From: Longimicrobiales bacterium
Lineage (GTDB): Bacteria > Gemmatimonadota > Gemmatimonadetes > Longimicrobiales > Gaopeijiaceae
DNA length: 64,000 nucleotides
Reading direction: 5' to 3'
Assembly (NCBI GenBank): GCA_965116905.1
Contig: OZ220732.1
Coordinates: 1,376,001-1,440,000 of the forward strand
Shown here: piece after piece, positions 9,913 to 18,944 of the stretch
Layout: every line of letters begins with the position of its first letter
Position numbering within the stretch: the stretch's first letter is position 1
Program-made: the position numbers and the translations under genes
The notes under the pieces: model-generated
What the model saw: only the letters and a program-made list of their open reading frames with translations
Database searches by the model: none
Told to the model about the DNA's origin: nothing

Positions 9913-11372
9913 CCGCCGCGCCGCCGCATTGCGAAGACACCGTTCAGGTAGTGCGTCGCGCGACCGTTGCCATCGTCGCCCCAGAAGGCGACGTCCCAGC
10001 CGCGGTTGCCGCCCATCGCCGGATTGCGGGGCAGAAACCGGTCGCCGCCGAGCGGGATGAGTTCGGACTCCAACGTGCTGCCGACCTCCGACCGCGCCAT
10101 CAGCCGGTCACTATCCACGGAGAACGAGAACCGGCTACCAAACGCCTCGAACTGCCCCACGTAGCGCTCGAGTTCGACCTCCTGGGGCGTCACCGTGTCC
10201 GGCTTCGGTGTCTGGGGCTTGTCGATGCCGAAGACCTCCGGAAACAGGGTGTCGAACACCTTGTCGGCCAGCGGGTAGCCCTGGCTCGGCACGTTGGCGA
10301 TCGTTGCGGCCGCGACGCCTCTGCTCGGACACCAGAGCAGCAGTGAGGACCCCCCGCTGTTGGTGCCGCTGTGCCCGTAGATCACCTCGCCGCCCCAGCG
10401 CTTCCAGTACGGCCCCGTGCACCACCTCTGGGCGATGATCCGGGTCGGCATGTCGATCTCGGGCGTGTGCATCGTCTCGACGGCTCCCTCCGACAGCACC
10501 TGCCGCCCGTCGGCCGAGCGTCCATCCCGCAGGAACATCCGGGCGAATCGCACGAGGTCGCCGGCGCTGCAGCACAGGGTTGCCCCGGCCGGGGCGATGC
10601 TGCGCGGCAGCCCCCAGAACGGCACCCGCTCGCCTTCGGGGTTGGCGGGGGTCGGCGAGTAGCCGAGCGCTACCGGGTGAAAGAGCAGGTCCTCCGGGAA
10701 GGTCGCCGAGTGCTCGAGCCCCAGCGGCTGGAGGATGCGTTCGGCGAGCAGGGTCTCCCAGTTCCTGCCCATCACCCGCTGGGCCACAAACCCGGCGACG
10801 GCGGTACCCGCGTTCGAGTAGCCGTAGGCCGTGCCCGGCTCGAAGATGACGGGCAGCTCGGCAAGTGAAGCGACGTACCGGCCCAGCGCGTCATCGCCGC
10901 GGCCGTGATCCGTGTACGGCCCGTTGTCGAGCCCCGACGACATCGAGAGCAGTTGGCGCAGGGTCATGTCCACGGGCGGGACATCGCTCGTGAGCGACGC
11001 GCCGTCGAGGTAGCTTGCGACGGGTCCGTCCAGGTCGAGCGTGCCCTCGTCGACCAGGGCCATGACCACGGCGGCGTTGAAGACCTTGGTCGTCGAGCCG
11101 ATCTGGAACAGCGTGTCCGGCGTGACGGCCACGTTGCGTTCACGAATCGCCAGACCGGTCGCGAACTCCTGGACCGACTCGCCGTCGAACACCGCGAGCT
11201 GGGCACCGACGATGCCGAGGCTCTCGGCCGATTCGTCGAGGAGCTGCTGGAGGTCGCGCCGGTCAAAACGCACCTGCGGCGGAGCGGAGATTGCCGCGAG
11301 GTGTCGCGCTGACGCGACGATCGGCAGGGCAGCCGCGGCCGCACCGGCCTTGAGTAGTGACCGTCGGTTCAT
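9909..11372 (-). CDS. Tat-exported serine hydrolase (beta-lactamase class C/AmpC-like family)
   Basis: MNRRSLLK twin-arginine signal, FQIGSTTK (SxxK), YGYSN (YxN), GHSG. Confidence 0.9.
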   Translation of the reverse strand: MNRRSLLKAGAAAAALPIVASARHLAAISAPPQVRFDRRDLQQLLDESAESLGIVGAQLAVFDGESVQEFATGLAIRERNVAVTPDTLFQIGSTTKVFNAAVVMALVDEGTLDLDGPVASYLDGASLTSDVPPVDMTLRQLLSMSSGLDNGPYTDHGRGDDALGRYVASLAELPVIFEPGTAYGYSNAGTAVAGFVAQRVMGRNWETLLAERILQPLGLEHSATFPEDLLFHPVALGYSPTPANPEGERVPFWGLPRSIAPAGATLCCSAGDLVRFARMFLRDGRSADGRQVLSEGAVETMHTPEIDMPTRIIAQRWCTGPYWKRWGGEVIYGHSGTNSGGSSLLLWCPSRGVAAATIANVPSQGYPLADKVFDTLFPEVFGIDKPQTPKPDTVTPQEVELERYVGQFEAFGSRFSFSVDSDRLMARSEVGSTLESELIPLGGDRFLPRNPAMGGNRGWDVAFWGDDGNGRATHYLNGVFAMRRRGG

Positions 11373-11617
11373 CTGGCACTCTCCATGTTCGTGGTCCGTG
11401 ACCGCATCCGGCCGGAGAAGGGCTTGCTCGGTACCCTTCCCGTCTCCTCACAGAATTCGAGGTAGTCATCGACGGCGCGTCGCATCGACTCCTTCAACTC
11501 ATCGACAGAGGATCCTTCGAAGTTGATTCCGTCTCGCGTGTCCACGACATGACCCGAGAAAAACTCGTATTCCTCATCGTACTCGAAGACGCCCGTGTAG
11601 CCGCGGTACTCGATCAT
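11369..11617 (-). pseudogene. hicB: HicB antitoxin lacking its C-terminal RHH DNA-binding domain
   Basis: MIEYRGYTG...FEGSSVDELKESMRRAVDDYLEFC...PSKPFSG; similarity stops after PFSG, compared with the full-length paralog at 25223..25609. Confidence 0.7.
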
Positions 11618-11817
11618 GGTCTCACCCCTGCACGTTCCAGGAACACACGCAACCGCTTGACGAGACCCTTTCCGCACTCGGGACGGGGATGGGGTCTATG
11701 CACGGTCTCGACCTCTCCGTTCAAGACGATGATCACGGATGATCCCCGTCTCTCGTGAACCTCGGCACCCAGAGCGCGGAACATATCAAGGATGGTCTGA
11801 CACGGCGATCTTGCCAT
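11614..11817 (-). pseudogene. hicA: HicA toxin, probably N-terminally truncated
   Basis: FRALGAEVHERRGSSVIIVLNGEVETVHRPHPRPECGKGLVKRLRVFLERAGVRP* with ATGA overlap to hicB; the usual N-terminal helix is not recognisable. Confidence 0.65.
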
Positions 11818-11839
11818 GGCGACACCTGAACCGTAGGCT
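11811..11839 (+). promoter_or_regulatory. Putative sigma70 promoter of beta-propeller paralog 1
   Basis: TTGCCA-N17-TAGGCT; a related box precedes paralog 2. Confidence 0.5.
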
Positions 11840-11894
11840 GGCCTCACGGGCACGGGAATGTTCCGTTGCGCCCACTATGGCACGGGAGGCGCTC

Positions 11895-13118
11895 ATGAAG
11901 CCGCATCCTCTCCTGGCCTTGATGTCCCTGGCCGCGTTTGCCTGCGACCAGGGCCAGGAATCTGCGCCCTTCCCCACCACCCAGGTCCGCGACAGCGCGG
12001 GAATCCGGATCGTCGAGAACCCGCGTCCGTCGGACAGGTCGCGGCTCCCCTGGCGGATCGGTCCGGAGCCCGCCGTGTCCATCGGTGCCGTGGAGGGCGA
12101 CGAGCCCTACATGCTCGTCGGGGCCATCGACGCCACCAGGCTAAGCGACGGTCGCATCGTCGTTGTGAATGGCGGAACGAGCGAGCTGCGCGTGTTCGAC
12201 GCAGTGGGGGATCACGTCGCAACCTGGGGCGGCCGCGGAGAGGGTCCGGGCGAATTCGGAGGCCTCTACGCGGTCGAGCGATGGCCGGGAAACTCGATCA
12301 TCGCCTGGTACACAACGCGCCTGGGGATTTCGGCCTTCGACGCGCAGGGGAACTACGGCCGCACGTGGGAACTCGTGCAGGAGGGGTCCATCCCGCTAAT
12401 GCTTGGCTTCCGGCCCGAGTACGCGATGCACGACGGCTCGATTCTCGCGGTTCACATGCCCGAGTCTTCGGATACCGTCGTCGTTCAGCTCAGGGACGGT
12501 GAGGGAAGGATACGGGGTTCGCTAGGGACGCACAGGGTCGCCGAACCGTATATCCATTCCCCGGGAACCGACCAATCACTGCTGCTCGAGAAGACCTTCG
12601 GGCACGAACCGGTCTGGACACCGTGGGGAGGCCTGGTCGTTATCGCCCACACGGGTCGGTACGAACTGAGGGCCTTCGCGGCGGACGGTTCTCTGGCGCG
12701 GATCGTCAGGCGCGACCATGTGCCCCGTTCTCCGACCCCGGCCCAGATCGAGGCTTACATCGAGGGACAACTCGCCTGGACCACCGACGTGGCCGAGAGC
12801 CAGAGAGCGCGGTGGCGTGAGGGATACGAGTCGGCGCCGGTAGCGGAGCACCTTCCGGCGTTCGAGTCGGTCATGTCCGACGCGGCGGGCCACCTTTGGG
12901 TTGCGGAATACGAGTTCTCAACGGCGGCTCGGGGCACATACGAGGAGCGACCGCCCCGACTCTGGACGGTTTTCGATCCGGAAGGCAGGGTGTTGGGCAA
13001 TGTCGAGACGCCGGAGGACCTGTGGATCCACGAAATCGGCGAAGACTACATCCTTGGCGTGGTTCTCGACGAACTCAATGTGGAGTATGTACAGGTGTGG
13101 ACGCTCGAGCGGCTATGA
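11895..13118 (+). CDS. Lipoprotein 6-bladed beta-propeller (NHL/TolB-like) protein, paralog 1
   Basis: GGGAGG RBS, lipobox LAAFAC, RDSAGIRIVEN, WGGRGEGPGEF, WTVFDPEGRVLG, EIGEDYILG...DELNVEYVQVW. Confidence 0.85.
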   Translation: MKPHPLLALMSLAAFACDQGQESAPFPTTQVRDSAGIRIVENPRPSDRSRLPWRIGPEPAVSIGAVEGDEPYMLVGAIDATRLSDGRIVVVNGGTSELRVFDAVGDHVATWGGRGEGPGEFGGLYAVERWPGNSIIAWYTTRLGISAFDAQGNYGRTWELVQEGSIPLMLGFRPEYAMHDGSILAVHMPESSDTVVVQLRDGEGRIRGSLGTHRVAEPYIHSPGTDQSLLLEKTFGHEPVWTPWGGLVVIAHTGRYELRAFAADGSLARIVRRDHVPRSPTPAQIEAYIEGQLAWTTDVAESQRARWREGYESAPVAEHLPAFESVMSDAAGHLWVAEYEFSTAARGTYEERPPRLWTVFDPEGRVLGNVETPEDLWIHEIGEDYILGVVLDELNVEYVQVWTLERL

Positions 13119-13124
13119 TCCGCG

Positions 13125-13152
13125 TTGCGGGAACGATGCTTCAGGATAGGCT
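13125..13152 (+). promoter_or_regulatory. Putative sigma70 promoter of beta-propeller paralog 2
   Basis: TTGCGG-N16-TAGGCT followed by a leader homologous to that of paralog 1. Confidence 0.4.
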
Positions 13153-13207
13153 GGCCCTTTGGGCGCGCGAATGTTCAGATGGGCCTAATTTCCACCGGGA
13201 GGCTTTT

Positions 13208-14410
13208 GTGAGGCTGAATCCTCTCCTTGGCCTGATGTCTGTGGCCGCGCTTGCCTGTGAGCAGGGCCGGCAATCACCGCTCTCTCTCCCCACTCAAACA
13301 CGCGACAGCGCGGGAATCCGGATCGTCGAGAACGCGCAGCCGCCGGAGGGGTCGCGGCTCTCGTGGCGGATCGGCCCGGAGCCCGCCGTCTCCATCGGAG
13401 CCGTTGAAGGCGACGAGCCCTACATGCTCGACGGGGCCATCGACGCCACCAGGCTGAGCGACGGACGCATCGTCGTCGCCAACGTGGGCACACAGGAGCT
13501 GCGGGTCTTCGACCCAGCGGGGAACCATCTCGCGACCTGGGGTGGCCAGGGGGAGGGGCCGGGGGAATTCACGGGTCTCTGGCAGGTGGAGCCGTGGCCG
13601 GGCGACTCGATCGTGGCCTGGAGTGCACCACGCTTCGGGATCTCGGTCTTCGATGGGCGGGGGACCTACGCTCGCACGTTCAGGCTGGTGCACGACGAAG
13701 CCACATCACCGATGCAGCGCTTCTGGCCACAGTCGACGACGCGAGACGGAGCCCTTCTCGCGGTGCACGGGCCCGAAGACGCGGACACAGTCGTCGTTCA
13801 ACTCAGAGACGGCCAAGGCGGAGTCCGGAGCTCGTTCGGCACCCATCCCGGCAGTGAGCCATACATCCACCGCGAGGGGGACCGGTCGATGCTGTTCTGG
13901 AAGATCTTCGGGCGGCAGTCGGTGTGGAGTCCGTGGAGCGACCTGACCGTCGTCGCCCACACCGGCCGCTACGAACTCACGGCGTTCGGTTCCGATGGGT
14001 CCCTGAGCCGGATCGTCAGGCGAGATCATATCCCGCGCGCGCCCTCGGAGACTGACGTCGAAGCCTTTGTCGAGTGGCAGATCGGGCGCAGCAGGCGCAG
14101 CTCCGAGAGCGAAATGGCCGAGTCGCGACGGCGGTATCGGAGCGTGCCGGTCGCCGAGCACTTTCCGGCTTTCGAGTCGATCTTGAGCGATGCCCGCAAC
14201 CACCTCTGGGTTGAGGAATACGAGCTGCCGGGAGAAGAGGAGCCGGGAACGCTCTGGACCGTTTTCGATTCGGAAGGCCGCGCGCTGGGGTTCATGGAGA
14301 CGCCGGAGGGTCTGTGGATCCACGAGATCGGAGAGGACTATATCCTCGGCCGTGCCCTCGACGAACTCAATGTGGAGTACGTGCAGGTGTGGACGCTGGA
14401 GCGTTCCTAG
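13208..14410 (+). CDS. Lipoprotein 6-bladed beta-propeller protein, paralog 2
   Basis: GGGAGG RBS then GTG 13208; lipobox AALAC; same motifs as paralog 1 with long near-identical DNA stretches at both ends. Confidence 0.85.
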   Translation: MRLNPLLGLMSVAALACEQGRQSPLSLPTQTRDSAGIRIVENAQPPEGSRLSWRIGPEPAVSIGAVEGDEPYMLDGAIDATRLSDGRIVVANVGTQELRVFDPAGNHLATWGGQGEGPGEFTGLWQVEPWPGDSIVAWSAPRFGISVFDGRGTYARTFRLVHDEATSPMQRFWPQSTTRDGALLAVHGPEDADTVVVQLRDGQGGVRSSFGTHPGSEPYIHREGDRSMLFWKIFGRQSVWSPWSDLTVVAHTGRYELTAFGSDGSLSRIVRRDHIPRAPSETDVEAFVEWQIGRSRRSSESEMAESRRRYRSVPVAEHFPAFESILSDARNHLWVEEYELPGEEEPGTLWTVFDSEGRALGFMETPEGLWIHEIGEDYILGRALDELNVEYVQVWTLERS

Positions 14411-14431
14411 GGCCGTCGGGGTAGGAGACGT

Positions 14432-15640
14432 ATGAGGATTCGCATTGTCGGTGTGATGCTCGCGCTCAGCGCGTTGGCCTGCCAGCAGGACCCCGGCACT
14501 CGTACCGCGCTGGCCAGTGCGGCCCGCGACAGCGCCGGCGTCCGGATCGTCGAGAACGCGCGGCCCCCGGACGGTTCGCGCCTGGGATGGACAATCGGAC
14601 CTGAACCTGCGGTTTCGATCGGTGTTTTCGAAGGCGAAGAGCCGTACATGCTGCACTGGGCCGACGATGCGACGCGGCTCCGGGACGGTCGGATTGTCGT
14701 GGCGAACAATGGGAGCAACGAACTGAGGGTGTTCGACGCAGACGGAACTCACGTGGCTACATGGGGCAGAGATGGGGAGGGGCCGTCGGACTTTGCTGCT
14801 CTCACGGAGGTAGATGCCTGGCCGGGCGACTCCATCATAGCCTGGTACACGGGTGCATTCGGAATGGCCGTTTACGACTCGGACGGGACTTTCGGGCGCA
14901 CGTTTGTGCTGCAGAGCCAGGAGAACGTCAATGGGCTCAGACCCCGACTTGACGCCGCGCGCGCGGATGGCACGTTGCTGTCGACAAGGGACGTGGAGGA
15001 CCTGGATTCAGCCATCGTAGAGGTATGGACGAGCCAAGGGGCGCTGTCCGCATCCATGGGAGCGCATCCCGCCGAGGAGATACTGATCACGGGCGAGGGA
15101 CGCGGACGAACGCTGAGCAGACTCGCGTACAGCCGCCAACTTGTCACAGGCCTGTGGGGCGACCTGGTTGTCATCAGTCACAACAGCCGCTACGAGATCA
15201 TGGCGTACCGCGTGGACGGCGTTCTCGACCGGGTCGTCAGGCGGGACCATTTGCTTCGATCCCCAACCGAGGCCGACCGCGAGCCCTTTGTCGAAGAACA
15301 GCTGTCGCTGCTTGAGGGCGCCGACATTCCCGAGTTCGTGGAGCGGGCAGCACGCCAGGAGTTCGAAACAACGCCCTTGGCCGACTTCTTCCCTGCCTTC
15401 GTGTCGGTCCTGGGCGACGCCGCCGGCCACCTCTGGTTGGAGGAGTACGAGTTCCCGCGAGAGAATCGCCCCGGCACGCTATGGACCGTGTTCGATCCCG
15501 AGGGAGACGCTCTCGGGTTTGTGGAGACGGCGGAGGGATTGGAGATCTACGAGATTGGTGAGGACTACATTCTGGGCCGGGTCAAGAACGAACTCGGCGT
15601 GGAGTCGATTCAGCTCTGGCCGCTGGACCGGTCCGGCTGA
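14432..15640 (+). CDS. Lipoprotein 6-bladed beta-propeller protein, paralog 3
   Basis: AGGAG RBS, lipobox SALAC, RDSAGVRIVEN, GEGPSDF, EIGEDYILG. Confidence 0.85.
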   Translation: MRIRIVGVMLALSALACQQDPGTRTALASAARDSAGVRIVENARPPDGSRLGWTIGPEPAVSIGVFEGEEPYMLHWADDATRLRDGRIVVANNGSNELRVFDADGTHVATWGRDGEGPSDFAALTEVDAWPGDSIIAWYTGAFGMAVYDSDGTFGRTFVLQSQENVNGLRPRLDAARADGTLLSTRDVEDLDSAIVEVWTSQGALSASMGAHPAEEILITGEGRGRTLSRLAYSRQLVTGLWGDLVVISHNSRYEIMAYRVDGVLDRVVRRDHLLRSPTEADREPFVEEQLSLLEGADIPEFVERAARQEFETTPLADFFPAFVSVLGDAAGHLWLEEYEFPRENRPGTLWTVFDPEGDALGFVETAEGLEIYEIGEDYILGRVKNELGVESIQLWPLDRSG

Positions 15641-15681
15641 CGCCGGGAACAGCCCTCCAGGAGAGAAGGGACACAGGTTCG

Positions 15682-17034
15682 ATGCGTGGCCATTGCTCCC
15701 CGAGCACCCTGGCAACTCGTGGACTGCCAGTACTCGCAGGGTTGCTGCTGGTGTTCGCCGGATGCCAGGAGGGCCAGGCTCCAACGGCCGGTGCTTTCGT
15801 GGTCCGCGACAGCGCTGGCATCGAGATCGTCGAGAGTATGGCACCGGCCTGGGACGGAGATGGTTGGACCGTGTCGGGGACGCCGAGCCTGGTCATCGGT
15901 CAGATGGGGGGAGACGAGCGCTACCTGTTCGGGGAAGTGGCCGGCGCCGTCATGCTCCGCGATGGGCGAATCGCGGTGCTCGACGGGCAGAGCGCACTGA
16001 TCCGCGTGTACTCGCCCGAGGGCGAGCACATCGAGGACTGGGGAGGACAAGGGGAAGGCCCGGGAGAGTTCACCTCCGCCCAAACCATTTCGTCGTATCG
16101 GGGCGACTCGATCCTCGTGAGCGAGTTTGTCGCACGCCGGCTTGTGATCTTCGACGACCGGGGACGGCTCGGGAGAAGCATCGTCCCGGAGATGAGGATG
16201 TCATTTGCAACCGAACAGCGCAGGCGCATGGCAGAAGGGGACCGCTCGACGGTTCCCGGGTGGAGCTGCTGCAGACTCTGGGGCTCGCTCCGGACCGGCG
16301 CCTTCCTCCTCTCCTACCCCGAGATGATCCCCAACGAGGGGAGCGGGACAAAGAGGGCGTCGGTCACGGCGGCCATCATGCCGGATGCCGGCGGGGCGGC
16401 CGAATCCGTCGGCGTCTTCGGGGGGATGACCTATGAGCTCGGCCTGCAGGGATCGCGGTCCCGATTGCAGCTCCAACCGTGGTTCAACATGGTCCCGGGA
16501 CCCGATGGGTACTATGCCACGCAGGGAGACTCCTATTCGATTGATGCATACGACCTGGGCGGCAACCTAAGGCGAATCATCCGGCTCGCCCGCGAAACCC
16601 GACCCGTCACCGATGAGATCAAGGCGGCCTACGAAGCCGGACTTCGAGATCGGCTCATGGCGCCCGGCGCGTTTATCGACGCCGACTCTCCCGAGGAAAT
16701 GCTGGACATATTGCTCGCCGGTCCCTATCCCCCACATCTCCCCACGTTCTTTCAGCTCCTCGTGGACCCGGATGGCAACATCTGGGCCGGTCAGCGTCGG
16801 TACGGTGCGGGTGATTCCGGCGCGGGCGGCACCGACGACGGCACCGTGAACGACGACTCCCAGCCGTCCGAAATGAACGAGTTCATCGTCTTCGGAGCCG
16901 ACGGGCGGTACCTCGGCATGGTCGAGCTGACAGCCGATTTTCAGGTGCTTCTTATCGGCACGGACTTCATTCTCGGGGCGCTGAGGGATGACCTCGGCGT
17001 AGCCTGCGTCCACGTTTACCGGATTGAGAAGTAG
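15682..17034 (+). CDS. Lipoprotein 6-bladed beta-propeller protein, paralog 4 (more divergent)
   Basis: Lipobox VFAGC, RDSAGIEIVES, WGGQGEGPGEF, IGTDFILGALRDDLGV. Confidence 0.8.
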   Translation: MRGHCSPSTLATRGLPVLAGLLLVFAGCQEGQAPTAGAFVVRDSAGIEIVESMAPAWDGDGWTVSGTPSLVIGQMGGDERYLFGEVAGAVMLRDGRIAVLDGQSALIRVYSPEGEHIEDWGGQGEGPGEFTSAQTISSYRGDSILVSEFVARRLVIFDDRGRLGRSIVPEMRMSFATEQRRRMAEGDRSTVPGWSCCRLWGSLRTGAFLLSYPEMIPNEGSGTKRASVTAAIMPDAGGAAESVGVFGGMTYELGLQGSRSRLQLQPWFNMVPGPDGYYATQGDSYSIDAYDLGGNLRRIIRLARETRPVTDEIKAAYEAGLRDRLMAPGAFIDADSPEEMLDILLAGPYPPHLPTFFQLLVDPDGNIWAGQRRYGAGDSGAGGTDDGTVNDDSQPSEMNEFIVFGADGRYLGMVELTADFQVLLIGTDFILGALRDDLGVACVHVYRIEK

Positions 17035-17054
17035 GGACTACTGCGTCAGCGCGT

Positions 17055-17093
17055 TGTCAACTACACTTTACATGATGTGACGTAAAGTTTACA
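17055..17093. repeat. Dispersed 39-bp double-palindrome element, copy 2
   Basis: TGTCAA-CTACAC-TTTACA-TGA-TGTGAC-GTAAAG-TTTACA; lies between convergent genes. Confidence 0.75.
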
Positions 17094-17108
17094 CACAGGC
17101 CGCAAAAT

Positions 17109-17145
17109 CCTTGCAAATCCAGCACGCCATACCGGATTTGCAAGG
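17109..17145. promoter_or_regulatory. Perfect 12-bp inverted repeat with 13-bp spacer (operator-like, or bidirectional terminator hairpin)
   Basis: CCTTGCAAATCC-N13-GGATTTGCAAGG. Confidence 0.5.
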
Positions 17146-17177
17146 TTCGCTCGTCTTGACCACATCCCGCCCGCCCC

Positions 17178-18944
17178 CTAGACCTCCCCCCGCCTTGCCG
17201 CCCACACCGCGTAGTGACTCGCTCTCGCCGCGAACGCCATGTAGGTCAGCGACGGGTTCTGGCAGCCGGACGACGCCATCGACGCGCCGTCGATCACGAA
17301 CAGGTTGGGCACGTCCCACGCCTGGTTGTGGGCGTTGAGCACGGAAGTGGCCGGGTCGCGGCCCATGCGCGCCGTGCCCATCTCGTGGATGGTCAGCCCG
17401 GGCGGGGTCATCTCGGTGTCGATCGTGATGTCGCGGCCGCCGCCGGCCTCGAGCATTTCGGCGGCCTGCAGGGCGGCGTCGCGCATCATAGCGCGCTCGT
17501 TGTCGCTCCAGGTGCAGCTGATGCGCAGCGTGGGGATTCCCCACTTGTCGACCTGCTCGGGGTCGAGGGCCACGTGGTTCTCCTCGCGCGGGAGGCACTC
17601 GCCGAATCCCTCGATTCCGAACGACCACGGCCCCGGGCGGAGCAGGTCGCTCTTGAAATCCCCTCCAAAACCCGGCATCGACATGCCCCGCCCCCATCCT
17701 TCCCTTCTCGCCGAGCCCTGGTACCCGTACCCGCGCACGAAATCGGGCGAAGGCTCGGTGACATTGCGGAAACGGGCGATGTAGATGCCGTTGGGGCGCC
17801 GGCCACGAGTAGTGCGGTCCTCCCAGCCGGGGAAGGTCGCGCGCGCGCCGACGTCCATCGTGTGGTCCATGAGGTATTTGCCGAGCACGCCGCTTGAGTT
17901 GGCGAGACCGTCTGGGAAGTCGGCCGACATCGAGTTGAGCAGAATGCGCGTCGATTCCAGCGCGGAGGCGCCGAGGAAGACGGTGCGCGCGCGGTACTCG
18001 GACTCTTCGTGGGTCTCGGCGTCGATCACGCGGACCCCGCTGACCCGCCCGGCCCTCGGATCCCAGACGACCTCGGCGACGACGCTGTTGGGGCGCAGGG
18101 TCATGCGGCCGGTGGCCTCGGCGGCGGGGAGGGTGGCGTTGAGCGAGCTGAAGTAGCTGCGGGTACGGCATCCCCGGTGGCAGGGGCCGCAGTAGTGGCA
18201 GGCGCGCCGGCCCTTGTGATCGCGCGTGAGGACGGCGGTGCGGCCGATCGTCATGCGCCGGGTGCCGCCGAACGCGCTGTCGATCACGCCCGCCACATGC
18301 TCCTCGACGCAGGACATCTGCATCGGCGGCAGGAAGACCCCGTCCGGAACCTGCGGCAGCCCCTCCGCGCGCCCGCTGATGCCGACGAACGCTTCGACGT
18401 GGTCGTACCAGGGCGCCAGGTCGGCGTAGCGGATGGGCCAGTCGACCCCGTATCCCTCACGCGCGTTGGCCTCGAAGTCCAGGTCCGACAGCCGGTAGCA
18501 CTGCCGCGCCCACATGATCGACCGGCCGCCCACCTGCCGTCCGCGGATCCACAGAAAGGGCTTGTCCGGATCGGTCGTGTACGGGTTCTCGATGTCGTTG
18601 ACGAAGAACTTGCGGCCCACTTCGTCGCAGGCGTAGCACTGGCCCTGGACCGGCTGCTCGGCCGCCACCGCCTTGCGGTCGTTCCAGCCGCGGTACGGCA
18701 TCTGGTACGTGGGGAGGTGCTCGGCGTAGTCGCGTTCGGGCACGATCATCGGCCCCGCCTCGAGGACGAGCACGTTGGCGCCCAGTTCGGTCAGCTCCTT
18801 GGCGGCCCACCCGCCCGACATCCCCGAGCCGACGATGATCGCGTCGTACTCCTGGCGGCGCGGACGGATGTGGAACGGCCGCACGCGAAAGAGGTCCCGG
18901 CGCGCGACGGTCAGCGGCCGGCCAGCCGGTTGCCCGTCGGTCAT
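17178..18944 (-). CDS. GMC family FAD oxidoreductase (glycoside 3-dehydrogenase-like flavoprotein subunit)
   Basis: YDAIIVGSGMSGGWAAKELTE, RGRQVGGRSIMWAR, CHYCGPCHRGC Fe-S motif, IHEMGTARMG, QNPSLTYMA. Confidence 0.9.
   Translation of the reverse strand: MTDGQPAGRPLTVARRDLFRVRPFHIRPRRQEYDAIIVGSGMSGGWAAKELTELGANVLVLEAGPMIVPERDYAEHLPTYQMPYRGWNDRKAVAAEQPVQGQCYACDEVGRKFFVNDIENPYTTDPDKPFLWIRGRQVGGRSIMWARQCYRLSDLDFEANAREGYGVDWPIRYADLAPWYDHVEAFVGISGRAEGLPQVPDGVFLPPMQMSCVEEHVAGVIDSAFGGTRRMTIGRTAVLTRDHKGRRACHYCGPCHRGCRTRSYFSSLNATLPAAEATGRMTLRPNSVVAEVVWDPRAGRVSGVRVIDAETHEESEYRARTVFLGASALESTRILLNSMSADFPDGLANSSGVLGKYLMDHTMDVGARATFPGWEDRTTRGRRPNGIYIARFRNVTEPSPDFVRGYGYQGSARREGWGRGMSMPGFGGDFKSDLLRPGPWSFGIEGFGECLPREENHVALDPEQVDKWGIPTLRISCTWSDNERAMMRDAALQAAEMLEAGGGRDITIDTEMTPPGLTIHEMGTARMGRDPATSVLNAHNQAWDVPNLFVIDGASMASSGCQNPSLTYMAFAARASHYAVWAARRGEV

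Noticed and set aside
11895..17034. Diversity-generating retroelement acting on the propeller paralogs
   Set aside because: No reverse transcriptase or non-coding template repeat; differences between paralogs are not adenine-specific.
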